From Octopus sinensis (taxonomy: Eukaryota), in assembly GCF_006345805.1 (NCBI RefSeq), contig NC_043002.1:115568001-115632000 (forward strand): 64,000 nucleotides of DNA. Reading direction: 5' to 3'. The notes beneath the pieces were generated by a model. It saw only the letters and a program-made list of their open reading frames with translations, ran no database searches and had not been told where the DNA came from. Below, piece after piece: positions 50,050 through 64,000 of this stretch (its first letter is position 1; each line of letters starts with the position of its first letter). A program made the position numbers and the translations under genes.

Positions 50050-50275
50050 TATTTCTTTACTGCCCACAAGGGGCTAAACATAGAGGGTCAAGCAAGGACA
50101 GACAAAGGGATTAAGTTGATTACATTGACCCCAGTGCGAAACTGGTACTTTATCAACCCCAAAGGTACAAAAGGCAGTCGACCTCAGCAGAATTTGAACT
50201 CAGAATGTAGCGACAGACAAAGTACCGCTAAGCATTTCGCTCGGCACGCTAACGTTTCTGCCAGCTTGCCACCTT
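50050..50275 (-). mobile_element. SINE family B
   Basis: Family B sequence with a TSD-like atacatacgtatatat. Confidence 0.85.
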
Positions 50276-51597
50276 ATTCATATATACATACGTATATATT
50301 CATCAAGGCCTCACAGCACATGTCAAAACTTGTGGCATCAAGGATTTCAGTGGAGTAGCAAATATATGAGCATAACATAAGGCTCTTCACTTTGAGACTA
50401 AGTCCAAGAGAGGCAAAATATGTCTGTAGTGTGGTATATATGGATATTGAAGGAAAATACTGCATATCTAGAAAAGTTTAAACTTTACTTTCACAGCTTT
50501 GCTTGGCTGAGGAAAGGATCAAACTAAAGAACTCTACTCAGGAACCTATCTAAACAGTAAAAGCGAGGTTTTCTACTCATACGCTCATGAGTGCAAATTT
50601 GCTCTAACACACTGACCATGTATATAAGTACTGGAATAACCTCATCAGTTTTTTCTCCTCACCAAAATCTGAGGAATTAATATAAGACTCACAACATCCA
50701 GCTGTGATATATACACATATATAAACATGCACACGACCTCACAAACTCACATAATTTTAAAACGAACTCTCTCCCACACTGCCCCATCTCTACTTACTCC
50801 CTTTCCAACTTCTCTAATCCCCACCCTACAAGCAAATATCTTCCCTTTTGCTCCCAATCCAAGGGGTATAACTCCATTGAACTAAAATAGTTTTCTTCTT
50901 CAGTTTTATGTTTCATCCCTTCAGAATTGATAATATCTGTACCCGCTTGGCAATAGGGTCAGTGTAATCAAACAGCCTCCACCCCCAAAATTTCAGGCCT
51001 TGTGTCTTTAGTAAAAATGATTATTAATTATAATGATAATAATTCTTTCTAATTTTGGCACAAGGCCAGCAATTTTGGCAGTGTTCAACTGGTACTTATT
51101 TTATTGACTCCTAAAAGATGACAGCAAAGTCTATCTTGGCAGTTTTTGAACTCGGAATGTAAAGAGTCATACGAACTGCCACTAAGCATGTGTCTGGCAC
51201 GGTTATGATTCTTCCAGCTCACTGCCCTGATGCAATAAAATGTCCTGATATAATACCAAGCAGTGGCTCTATGACCTGATGTAATACAAGGCAGTGGCCC
51301 CTCATGACTTCTGATCTTAACTGATTGGAAGTGTTATCATGTACATTGTTTTGTCTTGGTATAAAAGATGGGCTACAGCAAATATTCTGCTCAATACCAC
51401 AGATTTGCTTGTCCTTAATCAGTTGAGCATATCTGTTTAACTTGATACCATGTCATGCACAGATGGTTGTGATGCATTTGCCAAGTGTACCCTTATCAGA
51501 CAGGTAGTCATGACTATATTGGGCTTTGTATATTTATACCCCAGTGTCACTTCTGATGACATGCACTGCTCTCTCACTCAATAATAATAATATATTA

Positions 51598-51832
51598 AAG
51601 GCAGCGAGCTGGCAGAAACGTTAGCACGCTGGGCGAAATGCATAGTCGTATTTCGTCTGCCGTTATGTTCTGAGTTCAAATTCCACCCAGGTCGACTTTG
51701 CCTTTCATCCTTTCGGGGTCGATAAATTAAGTACCAGTTACGCACTGGGGTCAATGTAAAATGACTTAATCCGTTTGTCTGTCCTTGTTTGTCCACTCTG
51801 TGTTTAACCCCTTGTGGGTAGTAAAGAAATAA
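51598..51832 (+). mobile_element. SINE family B, young
   Basis: TSD aataatatattaaa. Confidence 0.9.
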
Positions 51833-53039
51833 ATAATATATTAAAATTGTATGGCTTAGTGGTTAGAGTAATTGGCTCACAATTGTATGGTTTTCAGTTC
51901 AATTCTCAGCAACGTGTCCTTGAGCAAGACTCTTTATTTCACATTATTCCAGTCCACTCAGCTGGGAAAAATGAATTATACCTGTAATTCAAAGGACCAG
52001 CCTTGTCACATTCTGTGTCATGCTGAATCTTCCTGAGAACTACATTAAGTGTACACAAGTGTCTGTGGAGTACTCACCCACTTGGACATTTATTTTACAA
52101 CCAGGCTGTTCCGTTCATCAGATCAGCTGGAACGCTCATCATCACAACCGACGGAGAGCCAGTTTTTATTTCATTTGAGGTTTTAGTTAAAATTTTGTTA
52201 TATTCTTTATATTGAGCTTTATATAATGACTGAGACTGGTTCGTAACAATCTTATAATCATCGTTATTTCTATATTCATTTCATTGTACTTCTGTTAATC
52301 ACAATTGTTTTTAAAATTACTGACACAATATTATTATTGTATTGCAAAATGCTTATTGCTTCATCACAAATGTTTTCACCCATCAATGTATTTCGTAATG
52401 ATTTATATATATTTTATTTCTTACTAAAAATTTTGTATTGTTAGAAATATTCCAACATTAGCTTCTAAAATGGAAAAATGTTTACTCGAAATCGTAGTTA
52501 CTTCCCTTCAATTAATCAAATTGTACATCTTTTTTCTGTGTGTGAATGCGTGGGTTAAAATCACAGTTGTACACACCCTTTGCTAAAAATTTAGTCACAT
52601 ATAGTCTCTTTTTCCTTCTCTCTCTCTCTCTCTCTCTCCTTAAGTTTTTTCTTCCTCTATATTTCACTCACTTTACTTCTCTTCCTAGCTTGCTTCTTTC
52701 ATATACTATGTGTGTGTTTTATGTAAATTCAGTATATATTGCTAAAAGGTCAGACAGTTGTATGTTAGTATAGCTAATTATTTTGTGTTACTAGTTGTAT
52801 GTCAGAAGTATTCATTTAAGTTACAGTTACATACTTTAACACATATACCAGTACAGAATAATTCAGTAAACTTTATAAATTGAATTAGCTTCTCTTCTTT
52901 TAACAGTTTGTTCTTAGTTCAAATCCTGCGTAGACCAATTTTGCCTTTCATCCTTTCAAGGGAAATTAAAGAGGTATAAAACCAGACCATTCGATTAGTT
53001 GAACGGTATGAATGTTTATCTAGTTGCCTTGTGGCATCT

Positions 53040-54650
53040 CTTCTGGCTTTGTGTGTTCTGAGTTCAAATCCCAGCATGGTTTAATCTGGTGGTGCACTTC
53101 ATTCATGATATGGTTTAGTACTAACACCTGCACATTGAGTTCCTCTAGTGGAGTCATCTTTGTTACAAACATTCAAGCCAAGTCACTGCTTTGAGAGTAC
53201 TTCCCCCTCTCCCTGCCACAAGCCTTTGAGATCACGTAATGGTCATAGTCACTGCCTTTCCTGCTGACTAAAAGATTTTTTTGAAAAGTTAAACAAAATA
53301 TTGGTTTTGTAACTAATGCCACTTCACGTCTGGCATTCATTGTAGAGTTGTACCTAGCTCCAGCAAACAGTTCCTTGTTGAGAATTTTATAGATGCCTTG
53401 AGGCATCTGCCTATCAACATCAGAACTCTTCACTCATACAGATACTCAGAGTTGTTTTACTCTTGCTTTTTCTCCAAATTTTCAAAAAAGTGTATGTTTA
53501 TCTAATGATGTCTCTAATTGGCAAAGATTGCTTCTTTTCCCACTTGTTACTCTCTATATGAATGACAAAGAAGTCAGTTCGCTCTCTTCTCTAAAACAAC
53601 AATTTGAGTCATTTGAAACTTCCTTAACTATTTCTTATTTCAAGTCAACAGCAAATTGAAAGAAAAAAGCTACAAATACCAGCCAATTCAAACCTGAACA
53701 ATACTATAAATGCCAAGTTCAAGAATGTGATATCAAAAGAACTGTCCATCTTTTCCCTTTTTTCACGTTTTCTGCAGAAAGACTGTTGCTACATCCTTTG
53801 ATCAATTGAGAAGGGAACTTCTCTACCCCCCATCAGGCTATTGAAGATGGGTTTTTACACTAGATAATGCTAGAAAAGTGATTACTTCTTTTCTTGCAGT
53901 GTCTGGTCCCAGAATCCACCACCACTATCTTGAAGACAGTATTTGCCTTTCAATTGGTGGTGTAAGTTTCAAACTTTTAGAATGTCTGTAGCAACTCATG
54001 AACCAGTTCTTCTCCCAAGAGTTTTCTCCCCCTCACAAGTTCTTGGTTTTTAGTTTTTGAGTCCTTAAATCCAGTGGTCTTTGCCTCATTGTAGTGGAAT
54101 GTACTTTGAAAGCATCATGCTCAGTGTGTGCTTGTCATTGATCTCCTAATGCCTCTCTTCGAAAATCACAACCATTCTGCTCAGGACTGATGCTAAACTA
54201 GGGTGCAAAGCAGCTGTTCACACCACCACCATTTGTAAGCACTTCTGAGGCCCCCAAGAGGGTTCTTAAACTCTTTATTCAGGTGTAATCTCTTCCTAAT
54301 GAAGGTTTCAGAACTCTGGACCACCTTACTTGGTAGGCCTTTTAGCAGCCACCTCATCTCTCCTTAAGCAACCAATGTGCTCTTTCTACTCCAGGAATTT
54401 GGCAGAATGAGCACTTGGCTCTGTACTATTTGCATTGAGCATCATTGATATTGTTAAGCTGGGATCTGACTTAGATTTGAATATCTGGGATCTTGATACT
54501 TCTTTAGCCCCAGACCATCTGGGTTTATGTATCTTTCCCTCATTCATACTTACCGCTCTGCTCAACATAGACTGGTTCCAACAGGGTGGTGGGTGAAATT
54601 CTATAACTAGATTGCTAGTTCCAGAGGAGAAGTTTACTCAGTGTCTGAGA
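53040..54650 (-). pseudogene. possible ancient non-LTR retrotransposon remnant
   Basis: GC-richer block with weak RT-like pieces (LGPD, IYKIL). Not assignable. Confidence 0.25.
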
Positions 54651-56599
54651 CAATTTATAGTCAAAATACATTTTTATTTCTGTTTTATGCATTAGTTATT
54701 ATTTTGCTGAACAATATATTAAAAAGGGAAATGATCCTTAAGCCATCTTCTTCTGATGTATATTCAAAATTGCAGATGTGGAAGCTCAAGAAATGCAATC
54801 AGGGTCAAAAAGATCCCTAAAATCATGACCAAACTGGAGTAATAGTGAGTGTTTGTGATGATGCTATATTTCTCTGGCATGCTGCATGATGCACTGGCAT
54901 AATGAAAATTGATTTTGTAGGTAATTTGTCAATATTGCCATTTTGACACTTTTGTGCATGGAACTCTATTTGAACTGTTACATGATGTTTTGCTGGAACT
55001 AGTGGATGGAACTGGAAATCTCAGAATAGGAGACCAGCAATGTTAACATTGGAATATCTTTCTTGTTGAATATATTAGTAATGTCATTTGTAAACACTGA
55101 GTATTCATTATATTTTTTAATGTTCAGCATATGTATGTATATTAATATGAGAAGCATTACACCATTTATCCCATTATGATGAGATAAACCTAATCATTAA
55201 ATGAGCCCTAGCCAACATAAATATCCCCAGGGACATTGGAAAGAGACATGATTAATTCACTCTTTGCCCTTAGTTAGAAGCAGATGCCTCGTATAAGATA
55301 CTGCTGTTAGCAAATCTTTCACTCCATCATACATCATTAACATGTAACATCTGCTTTACCATGCTTGCATGGATCAGACGGAACTTGTCAAGACAGATTT
55401 TCTACAGCTGGATGCCCTTCTTGTTGTTGGTCCTCACCTGTTTCCAAGCAACACACACACACACACACACACACACATGATGGACTTCTTTCTGTTTCTA
55501 CCAACCAAATATACTCACAAGGTTGATTTGACCTGTAGCTATAGCAAAAGACACTGATTCATTGTGTTGTACAATGGAGCTGAACCTAAGACCAATGATT
55601 GCAAAGCAAGCTTCTTCGCTATATAACAACGCCTGCTCCTGTTATGAAATAAAATAATGGAATATCATAATTGCTTTTAAATTACATTTTTCAACTTTTG
55701 GCATTTGAGATGTTCTGAGGAGCCAGATTGCTTGACAAGGGTGTATTTGATGCATCCTGTCTCACTGAAGTATCAAATAATGCTTGCAAGAGTGTTTGGC
55801 TGTTCCAGTGCCTCAGGCTCATCATCACTTATGATAATGCTGTGAATAATTACCTCAAAAATTTCTAGACAGATACGCCATTGTACCTTAGTGCAATGTA
55901 TAATTTTGGAGAGTATATGCATCTATATTTTGTTTATTTGAGTAGTTTTTGTTTTCACTTTTGTAATTTTGTTTTTCATGTATTACAACTTTTATTAAAA
56001 TTTAAATACAAAGAAACAGGAAAAAGAGATGAGAAAATAAAAGAAAGAAAACAAAAAAGGTGAGGAGTAAAGCAACAGAAGGAGGAGGAGGAGGTGGTAG
56101 GGTGGGGGGGCAATGAGCCACATACCCCAGAAGAAAATAGTGTGCTCAGCCATGCCCTGTGGTAATGACTATGACAGCGTTGCCACAGGGAGAATGGCCA
56201 GTACCATTCATTGCAACAGCCACTCCACCTTGCAGGACCCATTCCCCTGATGGGCTACCGTTATTCTATTTTGCAGATGAAATCAGTAGTATAGGGTCTG
56301 ACAGGGTCTGAGAACATCTGTCATTTTGACAGCATCTGACACAAACTGATAGTGACCTGTCATGACCTTGTATTTATTGATTTGTAAATTGTGTTCTGTT
56401 TTGAGAAATAAAGATCATTTGATTTCATATATATATATTAACTGAAATATACAGTATCCTATATCAATTATGGGTATACATGGGTATAAATTCAGATACT
56501 CTACTGACAAATGTATGAGTGCATTTTTTTCTGATTTATGGGTTCTTAGACAACTTACACATGCAAAAAAAAAACACACGCACACACACACATATATAT

Positions 56600-56902
56600 C
56601 ATGGTATTACTGTATTGACCAGGCTATTAGACGTTGTTGTACATCGCTAGTCACAATGCACTTCCTTGCATTTTTGTTGCTTTATAATGATGCCACCCTT
56701 CTGGCTAAACAAACTGGCCAACATTCCTCCTGAATGGAATGCTTGTTCATTGCAGGATTACCCATTTAGGGCTGAAAGGACTGGAACAGTGTGTAGTGAA
56801 GTGTTTTTGCTCCAGGACACAGCATACTGCTGGTTTGGAAATCAAAACCATAATCTAGCAATCATGACTGCAGCAACCTGACCAATGGACCATGTGCCTT
56901 CA
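56600..56902 (-). mobile_element. tRNA-derived SINE with an RTE family 2 tail
   Basis: Head gaaggcacatggtccattggtcagg. The tail (gaccaggctat...tcacaatgc) matches 24545-24650 and 39546-39657. Confidence 0.65.
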
Positions 56903-56972
56903 CATACATACATTTACATTACTAAAGTACTTATCAGACAATAATTTATGGTATATACATACATACATATAT

Positions 56973-57349
56973 ACTCTTTTACTTGTTTCAGTCATTTGAC
57001 TGCGGCGATGCTGGAGCAGCGCCTTTAATCGAGCAACTCAACCCCAGAACTTATTCTTTTGTAAGCCCAGTACATATTCTATCGGTCTCTTTTGCCGAAC
57101 CGCTAAGTAACGGGGACATAAACACACCAGCATCAGTTGACAAACACAGACACACAAACACACACGCATATATATATACATATATACGACAGGCTTCTTT
57201 CAATTTCCGTCTACCAAATCCACTCACAAGGCTTTGGTCGGCCCAAGGCTATAGTAGAAGACACTTGCCCAAGGTGCTACGCAGTGGGACTGAACCCGGA
57301 ACCATGTGGTTGGTAAACAAGCTACTTACCACACAGCCACTCCTGCACC
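56973..57349 (-). mobile_element. SINE family A
   Basis: Family A sequence. Confidence 0.9.
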
Positions 57350-57380
<31 letters not shown>

Positions 57381-57769
57381 TTCTGTTTTATTGTTCTGCA
57401 TTTACATTTCCTAGAACTTAACCAAAGGGAAAACAGTGTATGAACACAAACACACACACTTCTGTATAACTCTTGTTGCAAAAATAAGAAAACAAAATAA
57501 GAAGAAAAACAGTGACTGGCCCATTGCGAACCTGTAATCAATGATGCTATTGTCCACCAATTGCAGTAGAAATTACTATAAATAAATAACTGTTGAAAAG
57601 CAAAGCTAACTGTGTTGCATATACATATATATATCTATATATATATATTTGGTAAGTGCCAATGCATGAAACTCTCCGACCTTCAGTCACTCTGTTACTT
57701 CTGCTAAATATAAATAAAAATATACTTATACTCATATTTTGAGTTCTATTTTCCTGTTTGAACCGACAT

Positions 57770-57829
<60 letters not shown>

Positions 57830-58019
57830 ATGTGTGTGTGTGTGTATCGTTTTTGAATTTTGTTTGCAAGATTCTTTATGTGAGTTCATGTGTTGAAGCA
57901 TATTTTGTTATGCCTAGAGTCATTCTCTTTTTGTGTGTTGTTATTTAACACACTCACCTGTTCAGTTTCCACTCATTTACTTCTTTATTTTTGCTAAATT
58001 TGTTTTCTAAAATTTCTAA

Positions 58020-59029
58020 GAATTGTGAAAAAAATAATCCATGTCACACATGAGACATCACGGAGATTCTCCATGTATCTCATGTGAGAATTATAATGCA
58101 TTTAAAAACACTTGGTTACATAAATTGCTATGATGTTTGAGTGCCTCATAACTTATCAGAAAAAAACAACAGCTTAATACAATGCATTTCCATCTGCAAT
58201 TCTCTGCTCAGACAAAAACAAATTACCCATTTTTGTAAAGAATGATCACATGTGATGAGAAATGGATTATTTACAACATAAAATATTGTTCTATATTTAA
58301 TAATGTAAATAATGAACATAAAATGTAAAAGATCCTGGATAAAACAAGATGAACCACCTTCAATCTCTCCAAAAGCTGGTCTGTATCCAAAGAAGGTGAA
58401 GCTCTGTATCTGGTGCGATTGGAAGGGCATTGTGTATTACAAGCTACTTCCACAAAATCAGGCATTAAATTCAGACTATTATTGTTCCCACTTAGACCAA
58501 TTAAAGGAAGCAATTAATAAAAAAACGTACAGAATTAGCCAACCGAAAGGGTGTAATCTGACATCAGGACAATGCTGACCACATGGTTCTTTGCAGATCA
58601 AACAGAAACTGGTGCAGCTTGGGTGGGATGTCTTACCCCACCCACCGTACTCACCTCACCTTGCACCATTGGATTATCTAAGCTAGTGTTGAGAATATAA
58701 ATTGTGGCTAAGGTTTGGTGGAAGATTTTAATTCAAAACTTATGAAAACAAGACACTTGTACTCAGAGCCAGAGGTGTGTTGGTAACGAAAGGGTTAATG
58801 GGAAGAACTTTGATTCTTTAAAAGAGTGTAAAAACTGCTTAGGCCAGTTCATGACCCAGACAGATGCCAAGTTCTGAAAGGATGGGATCATGAAACTGCC
58901 TCAAAGATAGCAAAAGGTAGTGGAACAAAATGGGAAATATGTAGTTGAGTAAAGGTGTGTACAACTATCTAAATATTATTAATGAATTTTATTTTAAAAA
59001 ACTCTACAAACTTTTTTACTAACTCAATA
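58020..59029 (+). pseudogene. decayed mariner (DD34D) transposase with right TIR, interrupted by a piggyBac-type MITE end (58680-58798)
   Basis: VPHNLS...ITCDEKW...PKKVKLCIWCDWKGIVYYKLL...HQDNA*PH...PHPPYSPHLAPLDY...GIMKLPQR*QKVVEQNGKY. The insert ends aaagggttaa. Confidence 0.92.
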
Positions 59030-60099
59030 TTTACAAGTGTTGTGATATAGACCCAGGTTATGCACATTAATCAGTTTACCACAGTCAGCTTAACTGATAC
59101 TTTTTCCACATCATTTGAAGGTTATAATAGAAAGAGCAGAGGGCTATAAAATATATGCAACAACTGCCTGAAGCCTCCATAACTGTTAAATCACCTCATC
59201 CATGCAATCATGAAAAATTGGATATAACAACAAAAGAGGTAAAAACAAATATTGACCTAGATACAGGAATAAATATTTTACAATATTTTTAATTTAACAA
59301 CATCTGTTACATGTATGACTTTTATTTTCCTCAATTATTCACTGGTTTAAATTCATTGTATTCTCACATTTTTAATGTATGCTCCTACCTATTTTCTGAT
59401 CAGATACAAATCTCATTTGGCATGTGGTCACTCATTCGTTTTCACTGGGATAATTATCATAAACTTGAGAGTTTTTATATTTTTTCTAACATAAAGATTA
59501 AAAGGTAGAATACTTTTGTTTTTATTCTCTATCTCAAAAAATATTATAACTTTGAGCACTAACATGTAGATCATGGCAACTAAATAGGCTCTCAAAACAG
59601 TTATTAATTTAGTATATAATTGGTTGCTGTTTTGATTCATGTGAACAAAACATGACATAGATATTATTTTTGAAATTTGATAACTATAAATTCTCTTGTT
59701 GGAGTAAAATAGTCTTTTAGGAAATTACAAAGAAGTAGATATTACTTATATATATATATTAACAGAAGAATGTTTTAGAGGTAACGTTAACTTCCAGAGC
59801 TACTGCAGTATGTAGCCTTTGAGTGCCTTTAGTAGAATTGTAAGCACTCAGACAAGACCTGTAGTTTAAGGGAACACAGTCACTAGATGCACTTGGCATA
59901 GTGCCACTGATTATTAGAAGATTCTGGTGTAAAAGGTTTTCCACCAGAATCCTACCTTTAGAGATAATATGGAGACAAGAGATCTATATCATAGGTAACA
60001 CCATGGCAGGCTGCCCTATCAGCTGGTACATAACCAGTATGCTCTTTTTTTCTTACTTTGTGACTGATGTTCAGTATGTTGAGAGGCCCAACTAGGTTA

Positions 60100-61875
60100 A
60101 TAATTTCCAGTGTTTGGCAACAGCCCGTGAGCTATGGTTTCCTTTTCCTCTCCTACCCAAATATTAATCTTGAGAATCACAAAAATGTCTCAATAAGAAT
60201 CACATCTGTTTGGACATATTTCATCTTTCCATAACAATATCTGATTTCCTTTCAGCCTCCCAACTAACTCCTCATAACATGCAAACTATAAATTTTATTT
60301 CTCTCTATGGTACAAATCTCTCATCTCTATCTCTAACCCATCTTTGTTGTCCAAGTTTCAGGCTATATACTATATGTTTTCTGAAAAATGGTATTTGGAA
60401 TTATGTAGGATCTTTCTCTGACTCATTTTCACCTAGATATCAGCAACAAAGTCCATTTACTCTGACTCTCTTCTCTGATTCTCTGAATTCATCTGCTGTG
60501 TCTATTGCTCTTTGAATTCTCTCAACAATCAGCTGTTTCTCAGCTAAATTTAATCCTAGATTGAGGATATCTATCTTATTTCACCTCACTGAGATGGTCT
60601 CATCATTCATGTTATGGTCCCAATGAACTCTTGCACTCATACCAGCTGATACTTCTGGTACTGAATCATTTGCCTTTCTAAACTGGCTCACATCAGTTAG
60701 TGTCCTCTTCTACTCATATCTTTGACTGACACACTAACTTATTAAACAATATTGACCTTTTCCTCCACCCACCTTTCTCCCATTGCTTATTCAAGGAAAC
60801 TCCCCTTACAATTTTCTATGATATAATAAATCCTGTCCTTTGACTTGTCTGGACCTTTCTGAGGCAGCTAAGTCTCTAGTCAATACCATTCTCTTAAATA
60901 TACCCATCAACATTCTCTCCCTCACAATGAAGTCTCACAAGCCTAAAACTCAATGTACAGCGCAGAAGCTGTACAGTTAGGTGAAGAACACTACTTATAA
61001 CATATGAAAGAAGTCACCCATCATCTCCTACTAGAAGGCATTTACCCATTATTACACTTAGAAGACAACTATCTTTGAAAGCAACGGATATCTTCTTGCA
61101 AGCTCACTCACTCCATAGCTGGGCCTGATCCTCTGTAAAGATAGTCTTCCCAGTTTTGCAGAATTTTCTTACTTCCTATTTGTGAACCAGTTTTCCCTGA
61201 AACTTGCACTTCTGATAAAACCACAAAATTGTTTGCCTGTTTTGCTTTCAACTCCACACTAAATACACACAACAAACATTTTCCTATGCTCTTTTTATTC
61301 CTTTAATACTGCAAAAATACACAGTTATGAAAACTTCTCTCTTGAAAAATCAGAGAGTGAGTGACTCTATATTGGGTTGGTCAAGTAGCTGGAAATTGTA
61401 ATCCAATTTCCCTCAAATCATGTCCTATCATAAAAATATAGAAAAGACACATTGGAAACTGTAGTAATTGATACACTATGGTTGAAAAGAGAAGTGGATG
61501 CTAATGATTAGAATGATTTTGGTATTAGATCTGCTCAATTAGGGCTAACATGTGAATAACCAATCACTAAATATTATATTATTTCTTCACTTACCAATCA
61601 AAAGTAATAGGACAATTAGTCTTGGTAGTGTCCCTTCTGTTAAAATTCTTATTCACACCAAACTCTTCAACTATACCTTTTCTCAAGTTATCCTACCAAC
61701 TAGCCTGCAACCTCTCTGACTCTGCCAATTACCTTCCAATTACTGTCATTTCTAATATCCCAACATTGAAAAAAACAATCATTAGCAACCACCTTCATCA
61801 TTTTGTATTTTTTTTAATCATTCTCAGTGATCACCAAAATGGTTTCTGCAGGGCCAGAGTTGCATGTGATTAATT
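60100..61875 (+). pseudogene. ancient CR1/L2/Jockey-group LINE remnant
   Basis: SDSANYLPITVISNI...LSDHQNGFCRAR resembles the RT N-terminal NYRPIS...LSD.Q.GFR motif. Confidence 0.55.
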
Positions 61876-62268
61876 CTTACTCCGTTACAGCATGTATTGA
61901 AGGGCTTTCCCTCTATATACTAACAATTCTGATGTACATCAAGGTTTGGTTATTTCTCCAACACCTGCCTTGCCAAATGAATATTAATAACCTACATTCT
62001 GTTACTTTTAACCATATATACACACACTACTACACTCCTGTAAATTCTCACACAACTTGAACATCTTAAATCAAGCATGCACTATGTAAATGTATTTCAA
62101 TGCAGCCAGAATGGTTTAGTCTTCAAATATAAAAAAAAACATTACGTCACTATAGCCTCGTATACATAACACACAATTACAAACCTGAGAGTCACCAGGA
62201 ATGCTAGCTTTGACAATCTTTGATAATGATTTCATGTATGACATTGCTTCTCTTTTTAACAGAAAATA

Positions 62269-62512
62269 TTGGGTTGGGGCATAATTATTGCAGCTTTTTT
62301 TCAACAAATTTTATTCAACAATAACAATATTTAACAAAAACATGTTTAAATGATGGTCTGACCATCTGCCAAGCAAATGGGAAGCAGTAATTGAAGTAGG
62401 TGGTGAATACGCTCCGGAATAATCATTTAAAGATGGTTTTGTTACATGTTGTTATTGTTTTTGTTGAATAAAATTTGTTGAAAAAAACCGCAATAATTAT
62501 GCACCTACCCAA
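62269..62512 (+). mobile_element. mariner-derived MITE
   Basis: TA TSD. ~85-bp imperfect TIRs (ttgggttggggcataattattgc / gcaataattatgcacctacccaa). Internal DHLPSKWEAVIEVGGEYAPE*. Confidence 0.9.
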
Positions 62513-63492
62513 TACTTTAGCTCTGATTAGTTGGTAATTCTCCACAGTTTGTATAACACATATTGAAGAACTTCTCACATATCTAAAACAGTGCTACTAT
62601 TTTCCTAACAAACATCCTTGACCAAATACAAAGAAAAAAACAAATGGTCACTCAAACTGGCAAAGGCTCATGAAGACAATAGAGAAACACTGATTTGTTT
62701 CTCTGGTGTTTCTACAAAAGAATTAGAGATTGCTAAATATGTCATGGTTTTGTATATGAATTCAGTTATCATGATGTACTCTTGTGAAGGTTAACTGTAT
62801 AAGAATATGAGAACAATTATCTAAATATAATTCCTTGACAAAGTTATCTCCCTGGTTTTGAATAGTGATAAAAAAAAAGAAGAAAAAATCATCTTCAAAT
62901 ATTTCAGTAATTTGTGTATGTTTGTATTTGTAAATTTGTTATAAGAGTTTCAATTATATCAGTTGTAATTATATTGGTTTGCAAACTGAAAGATGGATTG
63001 TTCATATCACACCATAAACATTTTCCACTGACCAAATTATTCAGCTGCAAATAAATAAGTTAAGATCTATTTCTGAACTCTAGGTTGCAAGAATACTTTA
63101 TAATTGATAAATCAAATCCTTGCATCAGTTTAACTTGGAAAGGGTGGTATCTGCTACATGAAGATGATATCTTGGATAGGGTTCAAAAATCACTTTATTA
63201 TTATTTTTTTCTATTTCTATATTTTTATATTTCAAGTTACATTTTCTCTATTTGCTATAGTAATTTGCTATAGTAAATGTCTTTCGGACATTTTCTTGTC
63301 TTCTTTTTTAGCAAAATAATCCATGCCAGAAAGAGAATAGACTATTAATTTGTTGTTAGATAAAGACTATTTTATGTCTCCACATATTTTAAAATCTCCA
63401 TTGTTTTTGCACACTGGCACTAACAGAGAGGGAAGCCCTTTTACTCTCACCAAAACAAACTTTTTCTAAAAGACCATTATTAATTCGAGTCC

Positions 63493-63680
63493 TAAGGTGG
63501 CAAGCCGGCAGAATCATTAGCACACTGGACAAAATGTCTTTATGTTCTGAATTCAAATTCTTTGCTTGTCTTGCTTTTGAGTCAATGAAAGCAGTACCAG
63601 TCAAGTACTGATGTCAATGTAATCAACTCGCTCCTCACCCCAAAATTTCAGGCCTTGCGCCTCAAGTAGAAAGGATCAAT
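63493..63680 (+). mobile_element. SINE family B, old
   Basis: Family B head and core. Confidence 0.75.
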
Positions 63681-64000
63681 GAGATTACTCAGCTTTTTTA
63701 TGGCCAACGATTTAATCCGTATACGGCAATTCCTTTACCTTAGAATACAAAAAAATAACTGAACAAGTTGAGTTTATGTCTTGATTTGTAAAAATATAGA
63801 TTTCATTGCTTTACATTTGATGGAATACAAAGCAATAGTAAGTATTTACGCAGTAACTTGACCTGCCATAATTAGAAACCAAATAAATCTCATACCACAC
63901 CCTATCTTCAAAAGAAATGTTGTCTAAGTTACATCAAGCCTGATAAAAATATAGGATAGTCATTACTGAAATGCCTTTGGTTATAGATCTGCTCAGTCAG

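Overview
This is AT-rich, microsatellite-dense eukaryotic DNA. The SINE/LINE repertoire is the one I recognise from Octopus (coleoid cephalopod); the species assignment is an inference. Most of the window is repeat debris: several tRNA-derived SINE families, RTE, CR1, HERO-like and Penelope retroelement remnants, mariner/hAT/piggyBac fragments and MITEs, a Helentron-type HINE and a Helitron end. Nearly all ORFs in the supplied track are microsatellite or TE artefacts. One convincing host CDS is present (21786-22412, +, 208 aa). It sits in a CpG-retaining island, is orphan-like, and carries a C-terminal PxIxIT calcineurin-docking motif, SP clusters and a possible N-terminal PP1 motif; a candidate 27-nt microexon lies upstream. 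Other highlights are a near-intact minimal type I hammerhead ribozyme (5885-5956), a CpG-rich nested-dyad palindrome (23615-23727), a ~600-bp inverted duplication able to form long dsRNA, a PHD finger inside an RTE reverse transcriptase, and candidate tiny exons of a minus-strand gene that could contain much of the window in an intron. No rRNA, bona fide tRNA or CRISPR array is supported. Repeat boundaries were read by eye and are approximate.
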